DNA of 64,000 bases from Octopus bimaculoides (taxonomy: Eukaryota): positions 81,341,658-81,405,657 of the forward strand of contig NC_068988.1 of the NCBI RefSeq assembly GCF_001194135.2, read 5' to 3'. This document shows, in pieces, positions 35,472 to 49,789 of the stretch. Made by a program: the position numbers and the translations under genes. The notes beneath the pieces were generated by a model. That model saw only the letters and a program-made list of their open reading frames with translations. It made no database searches and had not been told where the DNA came from. Position 1 is the first letter of the stretch. Every line of letters starts with the position of its first letter.

Positions 35472-35899
35472 TACAATTCACCACATGGGGATAACTGAAA
35501 TTCTTCCTTTTGTGTTACTATATGCATATATATATATATATATATATACATATTTAATATACATATTTAATAGGCACAATACGAACTTTTAAGTGCTACT
35601 AATAGTTTCTTGTGCTGGGAACATGCCAAATAATGAATTATAACATGTGTAATATCTCTGTGCAACCATCAGGCACAAATGACATATCATAACAAACTAA
35701 AAATTGAATAAAAGAAGAAATGCAAAAAGTCGAGAAGGAAGCATATTGAAAATGTGGAAGGTTAAAAATTGGTAAACAATAAAGAAATGAGAAATAAGTG
35801 AAGAGGTAAAAGAGTTATCTCCCTCAGACCTTAAATTTTAAGGCTGGAAAAAATAGCAAAAAATTAATCTGGTGTAGGTGGAATTTTCCAATTCTTCCA

Positions 35900-36260
35900 G
35901 ATTGCAGGTTTTCCAGATCACTCATTGTCTTCCATGGATGTTCCACCACTTTTGAAGCACTTGTGCCACTCAAAATATTGTGTACAATCCATTGCCTCAT
36001 TGCCATAAACTTGCCAAAACATGCTCAATGTCTCTGTAGCAGACTTTCCAAGTTTAATGCAAAATTTCACGTTGGCTCTTTGTTCCTGTCCATGACAAAA
36101 TCGCAGACTACAGCATATATGTGATCATAAAAGCACAAATTTCAGAACTTGGGAAGTAAACACAGCAATGTCACTTGGCACACTGCCTCATAAAGGTGAC
36201 TGCTAGCTCTCACTGTTCATGCAACCATGTGCTGCCATCTGTTGGCACACTGCTGAACTA
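35900..36260 (-). mobile_element. Mariner 5' fragment
   Basis: EQRANVKFCIKLGKSATETLSM helix-turn-helix start. Confidence 0.7.
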
Positions 36261-36274
36261 GTCCTGGAACTTTT

Positions 36275-36310
<36 letters not shown>

Positions 36311-36324
36311 TTATTCATTTATAT

Positions 36325-38575
36325 ATATCATCATCATCATCATCATCTGCTTTCCATGCTGGCATGAGTTGAACGGTTTGATTGAGGAATGGCGAGCCAG
36401 ATGCCTGCACCATGCTCCACTCTGATCTGTCAGAGTTTCTACAGCTGGATGCCCTTCCTAAGACCAATCACTCTGATAGTGTAGTGGGTGCTTTTACGTG
36501 CCACTGGCATGAGGGCCAGTCAGGCAGTACTGGCAACAGCCATGCCCAAATCGTGTTTATTACATGCCACCAGCACCAGTGCCAGTAAGGCAATGATGGT
36601 AACGATCACCCTCAAATGGTGCTCTTTACAAGCCACCAACACGGGAGCCAGTCAGCAGCCCTGGAACAATCACACTCAGATGGTGATCTTAGTGCTCCAC
36701 TAGCATGGATGCCAGTCATGCGGTGCTGCCATCAAATTTGATTTTGATTTCACTTGCCTCAACAGGTCTTTGCAAGCAGAGTTTAGTGTCCAATAAAGGA
36801 AAGGTACGCATAAGTGGGCCGGCTACACCCCTAGCAAGGGCCACGGATTATGGTCTCACTTGGCTTGCAAGGTCTTCTCATGCACAGCATATTTCCAAAG
36901 GTCTCAGTCACTAGTCATTGCCTTGGTGAGGCCTAATGTTCAGAGGTCGTGCTTCACCACCTCGTCCCAGGTCTTCCTGGGTCTACCTCTTCCACAAGTT
37001 CCCTCAACCGCTAGGGTGCGGCACTTTTTCACACAGCTATCCTCATCCATTCTTGCCACATGACCATAACAGCGCAATTGTCTCTCTTGCACACCATAAC
37101 TTATGCTTCTTAGGTCCAACGTTTCTCTCAAGGTACTTACACTCTGTCAAGTATGCACACTGACATTACACATCCATTGGAGCATACTGGCTTCATTTCT
37201 TGTGAGCTTACGCATGTCCTCAGCAGTCACAGCCCATGTTTCACTGCTATGTAGCATGGCTGTTCGTACACGTGTCATACAGTCTGCCTTTTACTCTGAG
37301 CGAGAGGCTCTTTGTCACCAGCAGAGGTAGGAGCTCTCTGAACTTTGACCAAGCTATTCTTATTTTAGCAGCTACACTCTCAGAGCACCCACTCTGGCTA
37401 CTGACTTGGTCACCTAGGTAACAGAAACTATCAACTACTTCTAGATTTTCTCCCTGGAATGTAGCAGAAGTTGTTCTCTGCACATTTTCAGTGTTTATTG
37501 CTCCTGAGCATCTGCCACATACAAAAACTATCTTCCCAGTTAGCCTTCCTTTGATATTGCTGCACCTCTTATCTGTCCATAGCTTACACTGGGTACATCT
37601 GATGGAGTTTCTACCTACACCTTTTCTACAGATTGAGCAGGGCCATCTACCTGAAGGGATTTGTGGTTTGTCTACCTTCCTACTTATTAGGACTTTGGTT
37701 TTAGCTAGGTTGACTCTAAGGCCCTTCGATTCTAATCCTTGCTTCCACACCTGAAACTTCTCCTCTAGTTCTGATAGTGACTCAGCAATTAGAGCAAGGT
37801 CATCAGCATAGAGGAGCTCCCAGGGGCATCCTGTCTTGAATTCCTCTATTATTGCCTGGAGGACTATGATAAATAGGAGGGAGCTGAGGACAGAACCTTG
37901 GTGGACCCCTACCTCTACCCGGAATTCTTCACTGTACTCGTTGCCAACCCTCACCTTACTGACAGCGTCCCTGTCAAGGCTCGCACAGCTCTCATTAACC
38001 ATTCTTCTATCCCTAGTTTCCCCATTGACCACCAGATAAGGGATCGGGGGACCCTGTCAAAGGATTTCTCCATGTCAACGAAAGCCAGGTACAGAGGTTT
38101 ATCTTTGGCTAGGTATTTCTCCTGAAGCTGTCTTACCAGAAATATAGCATCAGTGGTGCTTTTCCCCCAGCACAAACCCAAACTGGATCTCATCTAAACT
38201 GACTCTCTCCCTAATTAGTTGGGCTATGACCCTCTCTGTGACTTTCATGACCTGATCCAACAACTAGATACCTCTGGAATTATTTGTATCTAAAGCGTCA
38301 CCTTTATCTTTGTAGCAATTGACTATGGTGCTCGTACACCAGTCATTGGGTATGACTCCTTCATGTAACACCTGGTTAACTATATGGGTGACTAGGCTAT
38401 AGCCAACACCGCCAGATATTTTGAGCATCCCTGCTTTGATTCCTGATGGGCCAGAGGCTTTCCCTGTCTTCATACTCTTAATTGCTTTATCTACCAAGGT
38501 ACTATCAATTCGGATAGCTGGTCCCTCTGTTGGGTCGACATTTGGCAGACTCTCTTTCTCCCATTCATTGTTCTA
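36325..38575 (-). mobile_element. 5'-truncated RTE LINE (RT, PHD-like insert, 3' UTR, (GAT)n tail)
   Basis: KASGPSG, FVDMEKSFDRVPR, GVHQGSVLS, ELLYADDL, FCYLG, YGHVARM; several frameshifts. Confidence 0.95.
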
Positions 38576-38700
38576 ACAATTTGAAATATCTTTCATAACA
38601 TGTCCATGTTGCAGAAGAATACAACAAGGATGTTAAGACAAACAATTTATAAAGAGCCAATTTTGTGTTGTTATTTACATGTTGTTTAACAAAGTGGAAG
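38575..38700 (-). mobile_element. Fragment of the BovB-like RTE family
   Basis: Reverse complement of ~33410-33525. Confidence 0.7.
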
Positions 38701-39381
38701 GGCCCTTGTATGGGTGTGCATTCCTCTGCCATTCAAACAATATGGCCAGACCATCTCATTTGGTTTTTCTGAATCATTGTTTTAACTGAAGAGATGCCTG
38801 CAGCTGGATGCCCTTCCTAGCCTCAACTACCCTGCAGAGTGGACTGAGTGCTTCTTTATGTGGCACCAACACAAGCAATGTCAGTTATATATATATATAT
38901 ATACATATATACATATATATATATATACATATATATAAATGTATATGTAAATAATGCTTTGTATGCATGTATATGCATATATTTAAATATATATATGTTT
39001 TATGTTTTAAGCAGACTTCATAACATTGGAACATTCTGTTTCATGTAAAAGTATTAATTTTCTGTTAATAAATGGTCAACATACATAGACCATTGTTTAA
39101 TATTTGCAAATCTTTGATGACAAAATCTTCTGATTCAACAATCTTGGTTGGTTTCTTTTTAACAAACAACAGTATTTCATATTGTAAATGCAGACACCAA
39201 TTCTTATGTTGAAAGCATAGATTCCTACTAAAGAATTTTCCAAAAGATTTATTTTCACTTAAATTTATTTATGTTAACCTTCATTATGAAACCATGTTGT
39301 GAGATATTTCAATTTGTTCTTATCAACTCAGTCAAAACACACAGACACACACACACACACTGACACACTCACACTCACATG

Positions 39382-39424
<43 letters not shown>

Positions 39425-39634
39425 ACACACACGCAAAAGAAATTTAGAAGCATATATGCAACATTTCACTGAGATCATAGCGAAAAAAATGAACAGAGAA
39501 AGATAAAATCTGAAATTGCTACACAAATTTATTTTTTAAAGAAAATATAATTTTCACTGATTTGTGTAGATTTTCAGTTAATTTTTTCTCAGATTAACAA
39601 AGAGAAAGAAAAGAGAAATGGAAACAACAACAAC

Positions 39635-39704
<70 letters not shown>

Positions 39705-39924
39705 CATTGAAATAAGTTTTGATGATTGAATATTTATGCATCTAACAATCTGTCAATATATGTATGGTACTTATATAGGTATATATAATTGTGTGTGCGT
39801 GTGTGTGTGTGTGTGTATGTATATGTGCATACATACATGCATGCAGGTATAGATACATGTGTCCATACATGTAGCTTTACATACAAATGTGTATATATGC
39901 ATACATACATACATACATATATAC

Positions 39925-39964
<40 letters not shown>

Positions 39965-39967
<3 letters not shown>

Positions 39968-40086
39968 GAGAATGTACGAAAAAACAACAACAGACGAGGA
40001 CAGGTGGTGTAAATAACAAAAGGATGTATTAGTATGACGCTCAGGAATACGGAAGTCTTTGACGTTTCGAGCTACGCTCTTCAACA

Positions 40087-40087
<1 letters not shown>
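39965..40087 (-). mobile_element. Short PLE-end-like repeat flanked by (TA)n on both sides
   Basis: ttgaagagcgtagctcgaaacgtcaaagac...; decayed relative at ~7685-7790. Confidence 0.45.
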
Positions 40088-40135
<48 letters not shown>

Positions 40136-40364
40136 ATACATGTGTGTGTGTATGTATATATGTAGTTTTTTAAGAATCCATAAGTCAGAAAAATAGGCAC
40201 TTGTATATTTGTCAATACAGTGGGTATGTTAATCTGTGTGGCTGGGAAGTTTGCTTCCCAACTGGTTTCAGGTTCATTACCACTGCATGGCACCTTAAGC
40301 AAGTATCTTCGACTATAGTCTCTAGTAGGTAGAAACAGAATGAAGCCAATTGTGTATATGCATG

Positions 40365-40395
<31 letters not shown>

Positions 40396-40554
40396 GAGGT
40401 GGTATCAAAAAGTTTTTTGAACTAGTTCTGTAGTGCACCAATAGACGGTAGCATACAGTTGCATGCGCAGTGAGAGAAACGTGCTCAAGAAGCACACTTC
40501 TTACTATACAGCCATGCCAGTTTGTATATACATGCATTCATACACACACACATA

Positions 40555-40586
<32 letters not shown>

Positions 40587-40629
40587 TGTACATACATACA
40601 TATCTATACATACCCACACCCATACATGT

Positions 40630-40679
<50 letters not shown>

Positions 40680-40756
40680 CAGTAAATGTCTTGTGTGGTT
40701 CAATGTATATACTTTATTTGACAACCTCTACTGTTGCTATCATATACACTTATAAA

Positions 40757-41170
40757 GGTGGTGAGCTGGCAGAAACGTTAGCATGCCAGGCGAAATGCTT
40801 AGCGGTATTTCATCTGCCACTACGTTCTAAGTTCAAATTTCGCCTTTCATCCTTTCGGGGTTGATTAAATAAGTACCAGTTACTCACTGGGGTTGATATA
40901 ATTGTCTTAATCCGTTTGTCTGTCCTTGTTTGTCCCCTCTGTGTGTAGCCCCTTGTGGGCAGTAAAGAAATAAGAATCATTAGCACATCAGGTGAGATAC
41001 TTAATGATATTTTCTGTCTTCATGTTCTGAGTTCAAATGCTGTCAAGTTCAACTTTGCCTTTCATCCTTTCGGGATTAACAAAATAAGTATCAGTTGAGT
41101 ACAGGGATCAACATAATTGATTTACCCACTTCTCTGAAATTACTGGTCTTATGCCAAAATTTGAAATCAA
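40757..41170 (+). mobile_element. SINE family 1 followed by a second decayed copy
   Basis: ggtggtgagctggcagaaacgttagc...agtaaagaaata, then a repeat of the same body from ~40973. Confidence 0.8.
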
Positions 41171-41579
41171 TATCATATACACCCATATAATGGTCTCTTT
41201 CATAATATGGTGAATGTACCATTGCTACACTACATTACATCAGATACTAGCCTTCTGCAAAATTCAAGTGAGACCCACAATGGAAGACATTTTCCACATC
41301 TGAAACACTGGTGATGTTACTCGAACATAAATCATAGATGGCACTGAGTAAAAACCAGTTGACTGATTGGTATAGAATCACTCACAAACGAACTGCACCT
41401 CTAGAATTTAGCTGTAATGTCTCCTCTCTCTTCCTTTTCTAATGCATCAACAATGGTCTCTGCTCCTTGGATATTGTTGGTCTCATATTGTCTCCACTCA
41501 TTTACTCACAAGTCACTTGTCTCTCCTTCTCTCATCACCCGTATATTATCCCTACTAATTTCTGTTCTAACCATTACAT

Positions 41580-41730
41580 CCACTACACTCTCGGAGTGGT
41601 TGGCGTTAGGAAGGGCATCCAGCTGTAGAAACTCTGCCAAATCAGATTGGAGCCTGGCTCACCAGTCCTCAGTCAAATCGTCCAACCCATGCTAGCATGG
41701 AAAGCAGATGTTAAACAATGATGATGATGT
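41580..41730 (+). mobile_element. RTE 3'-tail fragment
   Basis: Near-identical to 1230-1399. Confidence 0.8.
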
Positions 41731-41989
41731 CTTTCTTTAGTCATTGACTTATAGTAATTTAAGCAGATTATTAATGGCTTTGATGTAACTGGCCTTGGAG
41801 TGAAGGCTATGGATATGGCAACATCCTCCAGACCAAACTAATAAATTGAAATATGGTCAGTGTGTTGTACGTCAAATGACCATCTGAAAGATGTGCTATG
41901 GGAAAAGTTGAATATAGAAAGTTACTATTATTATATGCTAGGTTTGTGTTTACATAAATGAGGTTACATAAATGTGGTTACATAAATAC

Positions 41990-43095
41990 TCTGTTGGCAG
42001 CATGTACCAAAGAACAATAAAGATCAGTGATCCAATTACTCTGGTCTGAAGATGTGTTAGGAGTTGAAATTCATTGCCGGCTTTCAGTACAATATGAGGG
42101 TAGTGCTCTACTGCTTAGACGTGTGTATGAGTGGATCAAGAAGTTTAAATTGGCCAGACGAGCATGAAGTGCAAAAAAAGACCAGACCAAAATGCCCATC
42201 CCTCCACCACTGATGTGAAGATTCAATAAGATCAGGAGATGATTCAGGTGAACTGACAAGTGATCATCAATGAGGTGGCATGTTCTCTGCAAATTACTCA
42301 TGGTTCTGCAATGAAATCATCCACAACAAGCATTGCTTCCATAAAGTCTTTGTGAGATAGGTACCAAGGAAGCTCCCTGAAACATGTAAGTGCCATTGTG
42401 TGACTTGTCAATGCTTTCTTGGCCACTACAATGATAAACGTAAAGCTTTTTTGAAGAGAGTAGTCACAGGAGCTGAGGATTGGGTTCATCATTTTGATCC
42501 AGAATCCCAAAGGTAGAGTATGGAACAGAAATAGTTGGAATTACCAGTGAAAATGGAATTCAAAACTCATTCTTACACAGAAAATGTGATAATTTTGGGG
42601 ATGCAAAGGGCCTATACTGGAATATTACCTGGAAAAGGGGTCTATAATCATCAATGTTGGCCACAGTGAAAAACTGACCAACAAACAGCAACTAGCAATT
42701 CTCTTCGAAGTAAATGTTATGGTTGCATGACAATGCACACCCACATATGGCTGCCCACACCTTTGAAACCATTGAAAAATTGGGTTTTTGAGTTGGTGGA
42801 ACACCTTGCATACAGTCCAGATCTCACCTTTTCTATCACTTCTTTGAATTGCTTAAATACCATTTATGAAGTCAATGATATGCTTTGGATGAAGAAGTAT
42901 AGGAAACAGTGCATAAATGGTTGCACGACCAGCTGGAAACTTTCTTCTTTAATGGAATATGCAAGCTTATGAACCAGTGAAAGGAGAGCATAAAAAAACA
43001 AGGAGGCTATGTGAAAAACGATGCAGTTGTTCGACCTCTACTTTTGTTTTTATTAAGCTACAGAAACAATAGTGTAGGTAATTTTTGACTTACTT
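41990..43095 (+). mobile_element. Decayed mariner transposase
   Basis: CTKEQ..SVIQLLWSE, VYEWIKKFK, VVTGAEDWVHHFDPE, HDNAHPH, YSPDL motifs. Confidence 0.8.
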
Positions 43096-43161
43096 TGTGT
43101 GTGTGTAATCACACACATTTGTGAATCTATGTATTCACACACAAACACACACACACGTACA

Positions 43162-44288
43162 TACAGGGGCTGGACAAAATAATGGAAACACCTAGCATCA
43201 TAGCATCATAATTTTGAAATATCTATAAAACTGTCAAAAGCTTGTTTATTTTTATGTCTTTTGATTTATTATTAGTGTTGTTTAATATGTTTTGCTATAA
43301 TTGCTGTTTCTTTTCAGATATTATCAGAAAAAGGTAATCAAAATACATTAAAATGACAGATCTATCGGACTTTCAAAGAGGTCAAATTGTTGGTGCTCGT
43401 ATGGTAGGCAGTAGCATAACAAAAAACAGCCGAAATGTTTGGTGTATCAAGAAGTACTGTCTTGAAAGTAGTGACAGCCTTTGAGAAAGAGAGAAAAACC
43501 TCCTTGTTGAAACAAAACTCTGGAAGAAAACCAAAATTTTCAGTTAGGGACTGCTGGACTCTATGCAAATTGTTAGAAAGGATCACAAAAGTACAGTTCC
43601 CAAAATTACTGCAGAACTTAATGACCACCTTGAGAATCCAGTTTCCACAAAGACTGTTTGCCGGGAGCTGCACAAAGCTGGATTTCTCAGAAGGGCTGCA
43701 ATCAGAAAACCACTACTTTCAAAAACAAACATTGCAAAGCGTTTAGGGTGAAGTTAAAACCTACAGAATAGGTCCCTAGAGCAGCGGAAGAATGTTATTT
43801 TCTCAGATGAGTCTTCCTTTACCTTATTTCTGACCACCGGCCAAGTACGCATGTGGAGATAGCCAAAAGAAGCATTTGACCCAAACTGCCTTCTTCCAAA
43901 TGTTAAACATGGAGGAGGATCTATGATGATCTATGATGATCTGTGGGGTTATATCTTGAAAATCCACCAGCCCAATGGTTTCCCTTCGTGGTAGAATTAA
44001 TAGTCAAGACTATTTAAGCATTTTATTTGATCAAATTCATCCTATGGTTGCAGAACTGCTTCCAGAGGGAAACACAATCTTTCAGGATGATAATGCACCA
44101 ATTCACACAGCTAAAGTTGTTACTGAATGGCATGAGGAACATTCTAGTGAAGTTGAACATCTTATCTGTCCACCACAGTCCCCAGATCTCAATATTATTG
44201 AACGTTTATGGTGCATTTTAGAAAAACAAGTAAGGAGTCGATATCCTCCGCCATCATCACTACAAGAACTAGAGACTGTTTTAGCCGA
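43162..44288 (+). mobile_element. Tc1-family transposon with DD36E spacing, 3' end in an N gap
   Basis: TA-caggggctggacaaaataatggaaaca TIR; ATG at 43353 (MTDLSDFQRGQIVG); FSDESSF, FQDDNAPIH, SPDLNIIE; stops and frameshifts. Confidence 0.92.
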
Positions 44289-45029
44289 NNNNNNNNNNNN
44301 NNNNNNNNNNNNNNNNNNNNNNNNNNNNNNNNNNNNNNNNNNNNNNNNNNNNNNNNNNNNNNNNNNNNNNNNNNNNNNNNNNNNNNNNNNNNNNNNNNNN
44401 NNNNNNNNNNNNNNNNNNNNNNNNNNNNNNNNNNNNNNNNNNNNNNNNNNNNNNNNNNNNNNNNNNNNNNNNNNNNNNNNNNNNNNNNNNNNNNNNNNNN
44501 NNNNNNNNNNNNNNNNNNNNNNNNNNNNNNNNNNNNNNNNNNNNNNNNNNNNNNNNNNNNNNNNNNNNNNNNNNNNNNNNNNNNNNNNNNNNNNNNNNNN
44601 NNNNNNNNNNNNNNNNNNNNNNNNNNNNNNNNNNNNNNNNNNNNNNNNNNNNNNNNNNNNNNNNNNNNNNNNNNNNNNNNNNNNNNNNNNNNNNNNNNNN
44701 NNNNNNNNNNNNNNNNNNNNNNNNNNNNNNNNNNNNNNNNNNNNNNNNNNNNNNNNNNNNNNNNNNNNNNNNNNNNNNNNNNNNNNNNNNNNNNNNNNNN
44801 NNNNNNNNNNNNNNNNNNNNNNNNNNNNNNNNNNNNNNNNNNNNNNNNNNNNNNNNNNNNNNNNNNNNNNNNNNNNNNNNNNNNNNNNNNNNNNNNNNNN
44901 NNNNNNNNNNNNNNNNNNNNNNNNNNNNNNNNNNNNNNNNNNNNNNNNNNNNNNNNNNNNNNNNNNNNNNNNNNNNNNNNNNNNNNNNNNNNNNNNNNNN
45001 TATATATATATATATATATTTATGTGTGT

Positions 45030-45237
45030 TATGTGTGTGTCCATGTTTGTCCTCCCACCATCGCTTGACAACTGATGTAGGTGTGTTTACATCCCTGAAA
45101 CTTAGTGGTTCGGCAAAAGAGATGAACAGAATAAGTACCAGGCTTACAAAGAATAAGTCCTGGGGTCGATTTCTTCACCTAAAGGTAGTACTCCAGCATG
45201 TCCACAATCAAATGACTGAAACAAGTAAAAAAATAAA
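45030..45237 (+). mobile_element. SINE family 3, 3' part
   Basis: Reverse complement of the 34276 and 49396 body. Confidence 0.75.
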
Positions 45238-45351
45238 AGGATATATTTGCTCACATATATTTGTGGATTATGTAAACACACACACACATACAGAAAATTA
45301 TCTCCAGATGTCACAGTTACCTAACTACTCTCTCTCTCTTCTCTAAATTCC

Positions 45352-47300
45352 TTAACCCTTGGTCTACCAGAGAAAATGTATGTCACTAATTACCAACTGG
45401 GTCCAGTGGACCCAATGTTTTTCTTTTAATTAAATTTTATTCAGACTACCACTATTTCTTAGCTACATTATATATGCTATCAGATTACTGTTTCTCATAA
45501 ATTTTAATGAAAAAATATAACCTACAGAATATATCATAAATTTTAAAAAATTGCAAAAATACAGAATTACAGCTCTTCATGGCAGTGAATGCAGACAACA
45601 TTGGTATGTTCTTAGCAAACGTTGATACTACAATTCATACATGTAGTACAAGTTTTCCTGTCTTTTTGGGTCACACAAAGAACATTTTCCTTTTTCTTTG
45701 GCTGAGGAATCTCAAATGAGGTTGAAGATTGTCTTCTTTTCTTGTTTGGTTGAGAAATGTTAGCGGAACTATAAGATTGTTTGTCATGTTCTTGTTTAGC
45801 AATAACTCCAGCAAGTTCCTTTCCTAACTTAATTAGGCACTGCTTTCTTTTATCCTTAAAACTTTGCAAGTGAAGCTGTTTAGCAACAATGAAAGCATTC
45901 ACTACACTTATATCAATCATGTTGTAGAATATAACCATAGGCCATTGTTGAGACATTCTTTTGCAACTGTATGTCCTTATCTTATCTAGGGTATCTACTC
46001 CTCCTTTTCTTTTGTCAAGTAATAACTTCAGGTTTCTTTTCAGTACTTTTTGAATCAATTGAAGGCTGAGAGTGCATTGTACTCATAAGTGTGACAACAT
46101 AATTTTTCTTGGGACAATAAGATAGGATCATAGAATCCTTTTGAAATCCAAATATTGTGCTGTTGATTTCTCTTTCTTTTCCATTTGTGAAAGCACTTGG
46201 AAGTTCAACTGTTCTTTCTAATTGTTCCAACTAAAGTAGCTTTCTTGCTAAGCAGCTTTTGAGCCAATCCTAAACTTGTAAAAGAAATTATCACAAGTTA
46301 TATTGCGACCAATATTTTCAAGTTCTTTTACTAGGTCTTCAACAACTCTTGAACCTTGATTTGTCTCTCTCTCTCTCTTTTATTGGGTCTTTTCTAGTGC
46401 AGATTTGCATTTTCCAGGCATAAGATGTTTCACTATCGCATATTGCCCAAATTTTAATTCCATATTTTCCTGGTTTTGAAGGAATATATACCCAGAATGG
46501 GCAGCGTTCTCTGAATGAAACTAATTGTTCATCAACTGTCATGCATGAACTTGGAACATGTCCATCTTGCTAATTCTGATTCCACATTTCAAATATTTCT
46601 CTTGTGGGTTCCAATTTATCAACATTTCCCTTTTTTCTTCTTGCACTAGCATCATCAAAATGCAATACTTGTTGAAATCTTCCCTGGCTCATAATTTTGT
46701 TGAATATTGGGAGCTCATCTTCTTGACTCCATAATTGTGTGACATTTTCATGTTTAGATTTATAAAAGCCTATAAGAATAATCAGTCCAATAAATTTCTT
46801 TAGTTCAGAGTGATCAATTTCCTTCCATTTATCTTTGTAAACAACCTGACCTTCAGAATTTGTCCATTTGTGAATCACTTCAAGAAAATTCTGACACATA
46901 AAGATAGTAAAATACGTTTCAATGCTATCACAAGACCTTTTAGCAAAACAGGATGGTCCACATTCTTGGAGCACACTATTGTAGGATGACGTTATTATTG
47001 TTGCTTGAGTAAGATGATTAGAATGCCAAACATCTTGTCTGTCTCTAGAAACATATTGCTCATTCATAATTGGGTGGCTTGCAGATAATTGTTTTTTGAG
47101 TATCTTCATCATCTGATGACACAGAAGCTAAACTATGCAGCACACAATCACTTTCACCATCATCTTCAGAGCAATAGAAGGAATCACTAGTAACTTTCAC
47201 AAGAATGATATAATATTGATGCCTGATCAATAAAGGAATGTAGAATTAAGTGTCCTGTCCAGAAATACTGAGAAATATCTGCAGAAATTCTGAACTAATG
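45352..47300 (-). mobile_element. piggyBac (PGBD4-like) transposon remnant
   Basis: TTAA-cccttgg end at 45352; VDEQLVSFRERC, PSKPGKYGIKIW, KGGVDTLD, C-terminal Cys cluster; second TIR not found. Confidence 0.92.
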
Positions 47301-48256
47301 CTCAATGGACCATCAGTCTAATAATTTATCCACTTTACCATGACATATTTATATTAACTAAACTTAAATTAAAATCTGTTTTATTTTGCAGTCTTCATCT
47401 TCACCTCTATCATTATAAGTCTCTCACTCTTCCTATGACACACTTTCAGTTTTTAATCATCCACCCTTACTGTCATCTCCCTATCTCTCCTTTTACCACC
47501 ACCAATTATATTATTATTATTCTGCTGCTCTCCACTCTGTCTTTTCTGCCAGTCATCCCTTCCTCTCCCCCAGCCCACTTCTATTGACATCCATCTCTCT
47601 TTTTTCATCACCTTCCTTTAACCCATTTTTGTCTTAGACCACCCCTCTACCTTTGTTCACCATTTGCTGCATTCACCCCTATTCCCATCACTCACCCCGC
47701 CCTATATTCTTACAACCTTTACCTATCCACTCTTCTTGATTTTCTGTGTTCTTGCTCTTTTCTACCCACCTTCTTGTACTTTGAGACTGTAAGACCTCAT
47801 TACCATCTTCATCTCTCCACCCTAATTATTACACCTCTCATACATAATGCAACGTAGCCAAGTATCTCCTCTATAACAACAAACTTGTTTCTGTCCCTCT
47901 ATCAAGTGTTAACTTCTCAACACCTCACATTAAAATCACTCTGTATACTTTTAAAGTGGTTGGTGCTAGGAAGGGTATCCTACTATAGAAACCATGCAAA
48001 ACGGACATTGCAGCATGATGCAGATCTTAGACTCTGTCGAACTATCCAACCTATGCTAGCATGGAAGATGTATATTAAATGGTGATGATGATAACTGTAT
48101 TGTTCAGATCAATATAAAAATCTTAGAAAAAGTTTTTGTTACCATTAGTGTCTCACAGCAGAATTTATTGGAGAAAATTCCCAAATAATTGTTTCCCTTA
48201 GGAAAGCATTATAGAATGTCCTTTTCCTTTAAACAAAACCTATCAGTTACTCAACA

Positions 48257-48289
<33 letters not shown>

Positions 48290-49395
48290 NNNNNNNNNNN
48301 NNNNNNNNNNNNNNNNNNNNNNNNNNNNNNNNNNNNNNNNNNNNNNNNNNNNNNNNNNNNNNNNNNNNNNNNNNNNNNNNNNNNNNNNNNNNNNNNNNNN
48401 NNNNNNNNNNNNNNNNNNNNNNNNNNNNNNNNNNNNNNNNNNNNNNNNNNNNNNNNNNNNNNNNNNNNNNNNNNNNNNNNNNNNNNNNNNNNNNNNNNNN
48501 NNNNNNNNNNNNNNNNNNNNNNNNNNNNNNNNNNNNNNNNNNNNNNNNNNNNNNNNNNNNNNNNNNNNNNNNNNNNNNNNNNNNNNNNNNNNNNNNNNNN
48601 NNNNNNNNNNNNNNNNNNNNNNNNNNNNNNNNNNNNNNNNNNNNNNNNNNNNNNNNNNNNNNNNNNNNNNNNNNNNNNNNNNNNNNNNNNNNNNNNNNNN
48701 NNNNNNNNCTCCTCCTCCTCCTCCTCCTTCCGCCCCTTCCCTATCTCCCCCTCTCCTCTCCTCTTCCACTCCTCCTTCTCCCTCCAACCCTATCCTCCTC
48801 GCCCCTCTCTTCCGCTCCTCCACAAGTCATGTTCCCCAACATATCCTGCTCCTCCACATGTCCTCCAACCACCCCACTTCTCCCAGCATCCATCCTTTTC
48901 TCCCTCCTTCCCCACCTCCCTCTTATTAGCCTTCCCTCCTTTTCCACTGCCACCACCACCTGCACCACGACCACTGTCTTCCTCATCTCCACTACACTAG
49001 ACTGCCATCTCAATCCTTCTTGTACTCTCCTTATCCAATTACTATATCTTACATCAGCAGAGTGTTGTTGGTTTCTAATGCTAAAAGAGAAAACATGCTT
49101 AAATGTTCAGCAACATAATGGACAATCATTTCCTTAATTCTGTTTCTTGAAAATGAAATGAAAAATACATAGCTTCAAGAAGCCAAGAAATCTCATAAAT
49201 ATTGTCATTCAATCTTTATATAATTTTTATAAAGATCAGAGGTTAAGGAAATGGATGTACGACTTAGTCTATAAAATATTTCACTTATGACAACTTCAAA
49301 TAAGACACTTATATGGGTGTTGAGTAGAACTATGAAGTTTGACTGGCAATTAAATTAGAAAAATAAGATCTTCAGTCTTTTAGTTAGGCGTAGTT

Positions 49396-49770
49396 TACTC
49401 TCTTTTACTCTTTTACTTGTTTCAGTCATTTGACTGTGGCCATGCTGGAGCACCGCCTTTAGTCGAGCAGATCGACTCCAGGACTTATTCTTTGGAAGCC
49501 TAGTACTTATTCTACTGGTCTCTTTGCTGAACCACTAAGTTACGGGGACGTAAACACACGAGCATCGGCTGTCAAGCGATGTTGGGGGGACAAACACAGA
49601 CACACAAACATATATATATATATATATACATACACATGATAGCCTTCTTTCAGTCTCTGTCTACCAAATCCACTCACAAGGCTTTGGTCGGCCCGAGGCT
49701 ATAGTAGAAGACACTTGCCCAAGGTGCCACGCAGTGGGACTGAACCTGGAACCATGTGGTTGGTAGTTAA
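49396..49770 (-). mobile_element. SINE family 3, nearly full length
   Basis: tRNA-like ggttccaggttcagtcccactgcgtggcacc head, central (TA/CA)n, (TAAAAGAG)-type tail. Confidence 0.85.
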
Positions 49771-49789
49771 AAAGTTCTCTTTGTAATCA

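Noticed and set aside
42041-42080. ctggt-CTGAAGA...GAAAT-TC-ATT-gccgg hammerhead-like match
   Set aside because: Lies inside mariner coding sequence (WSEDVLGVEIH) with no stem II or palindrome. It shows chance matches occur, so weak HHR calls are down-weighted.
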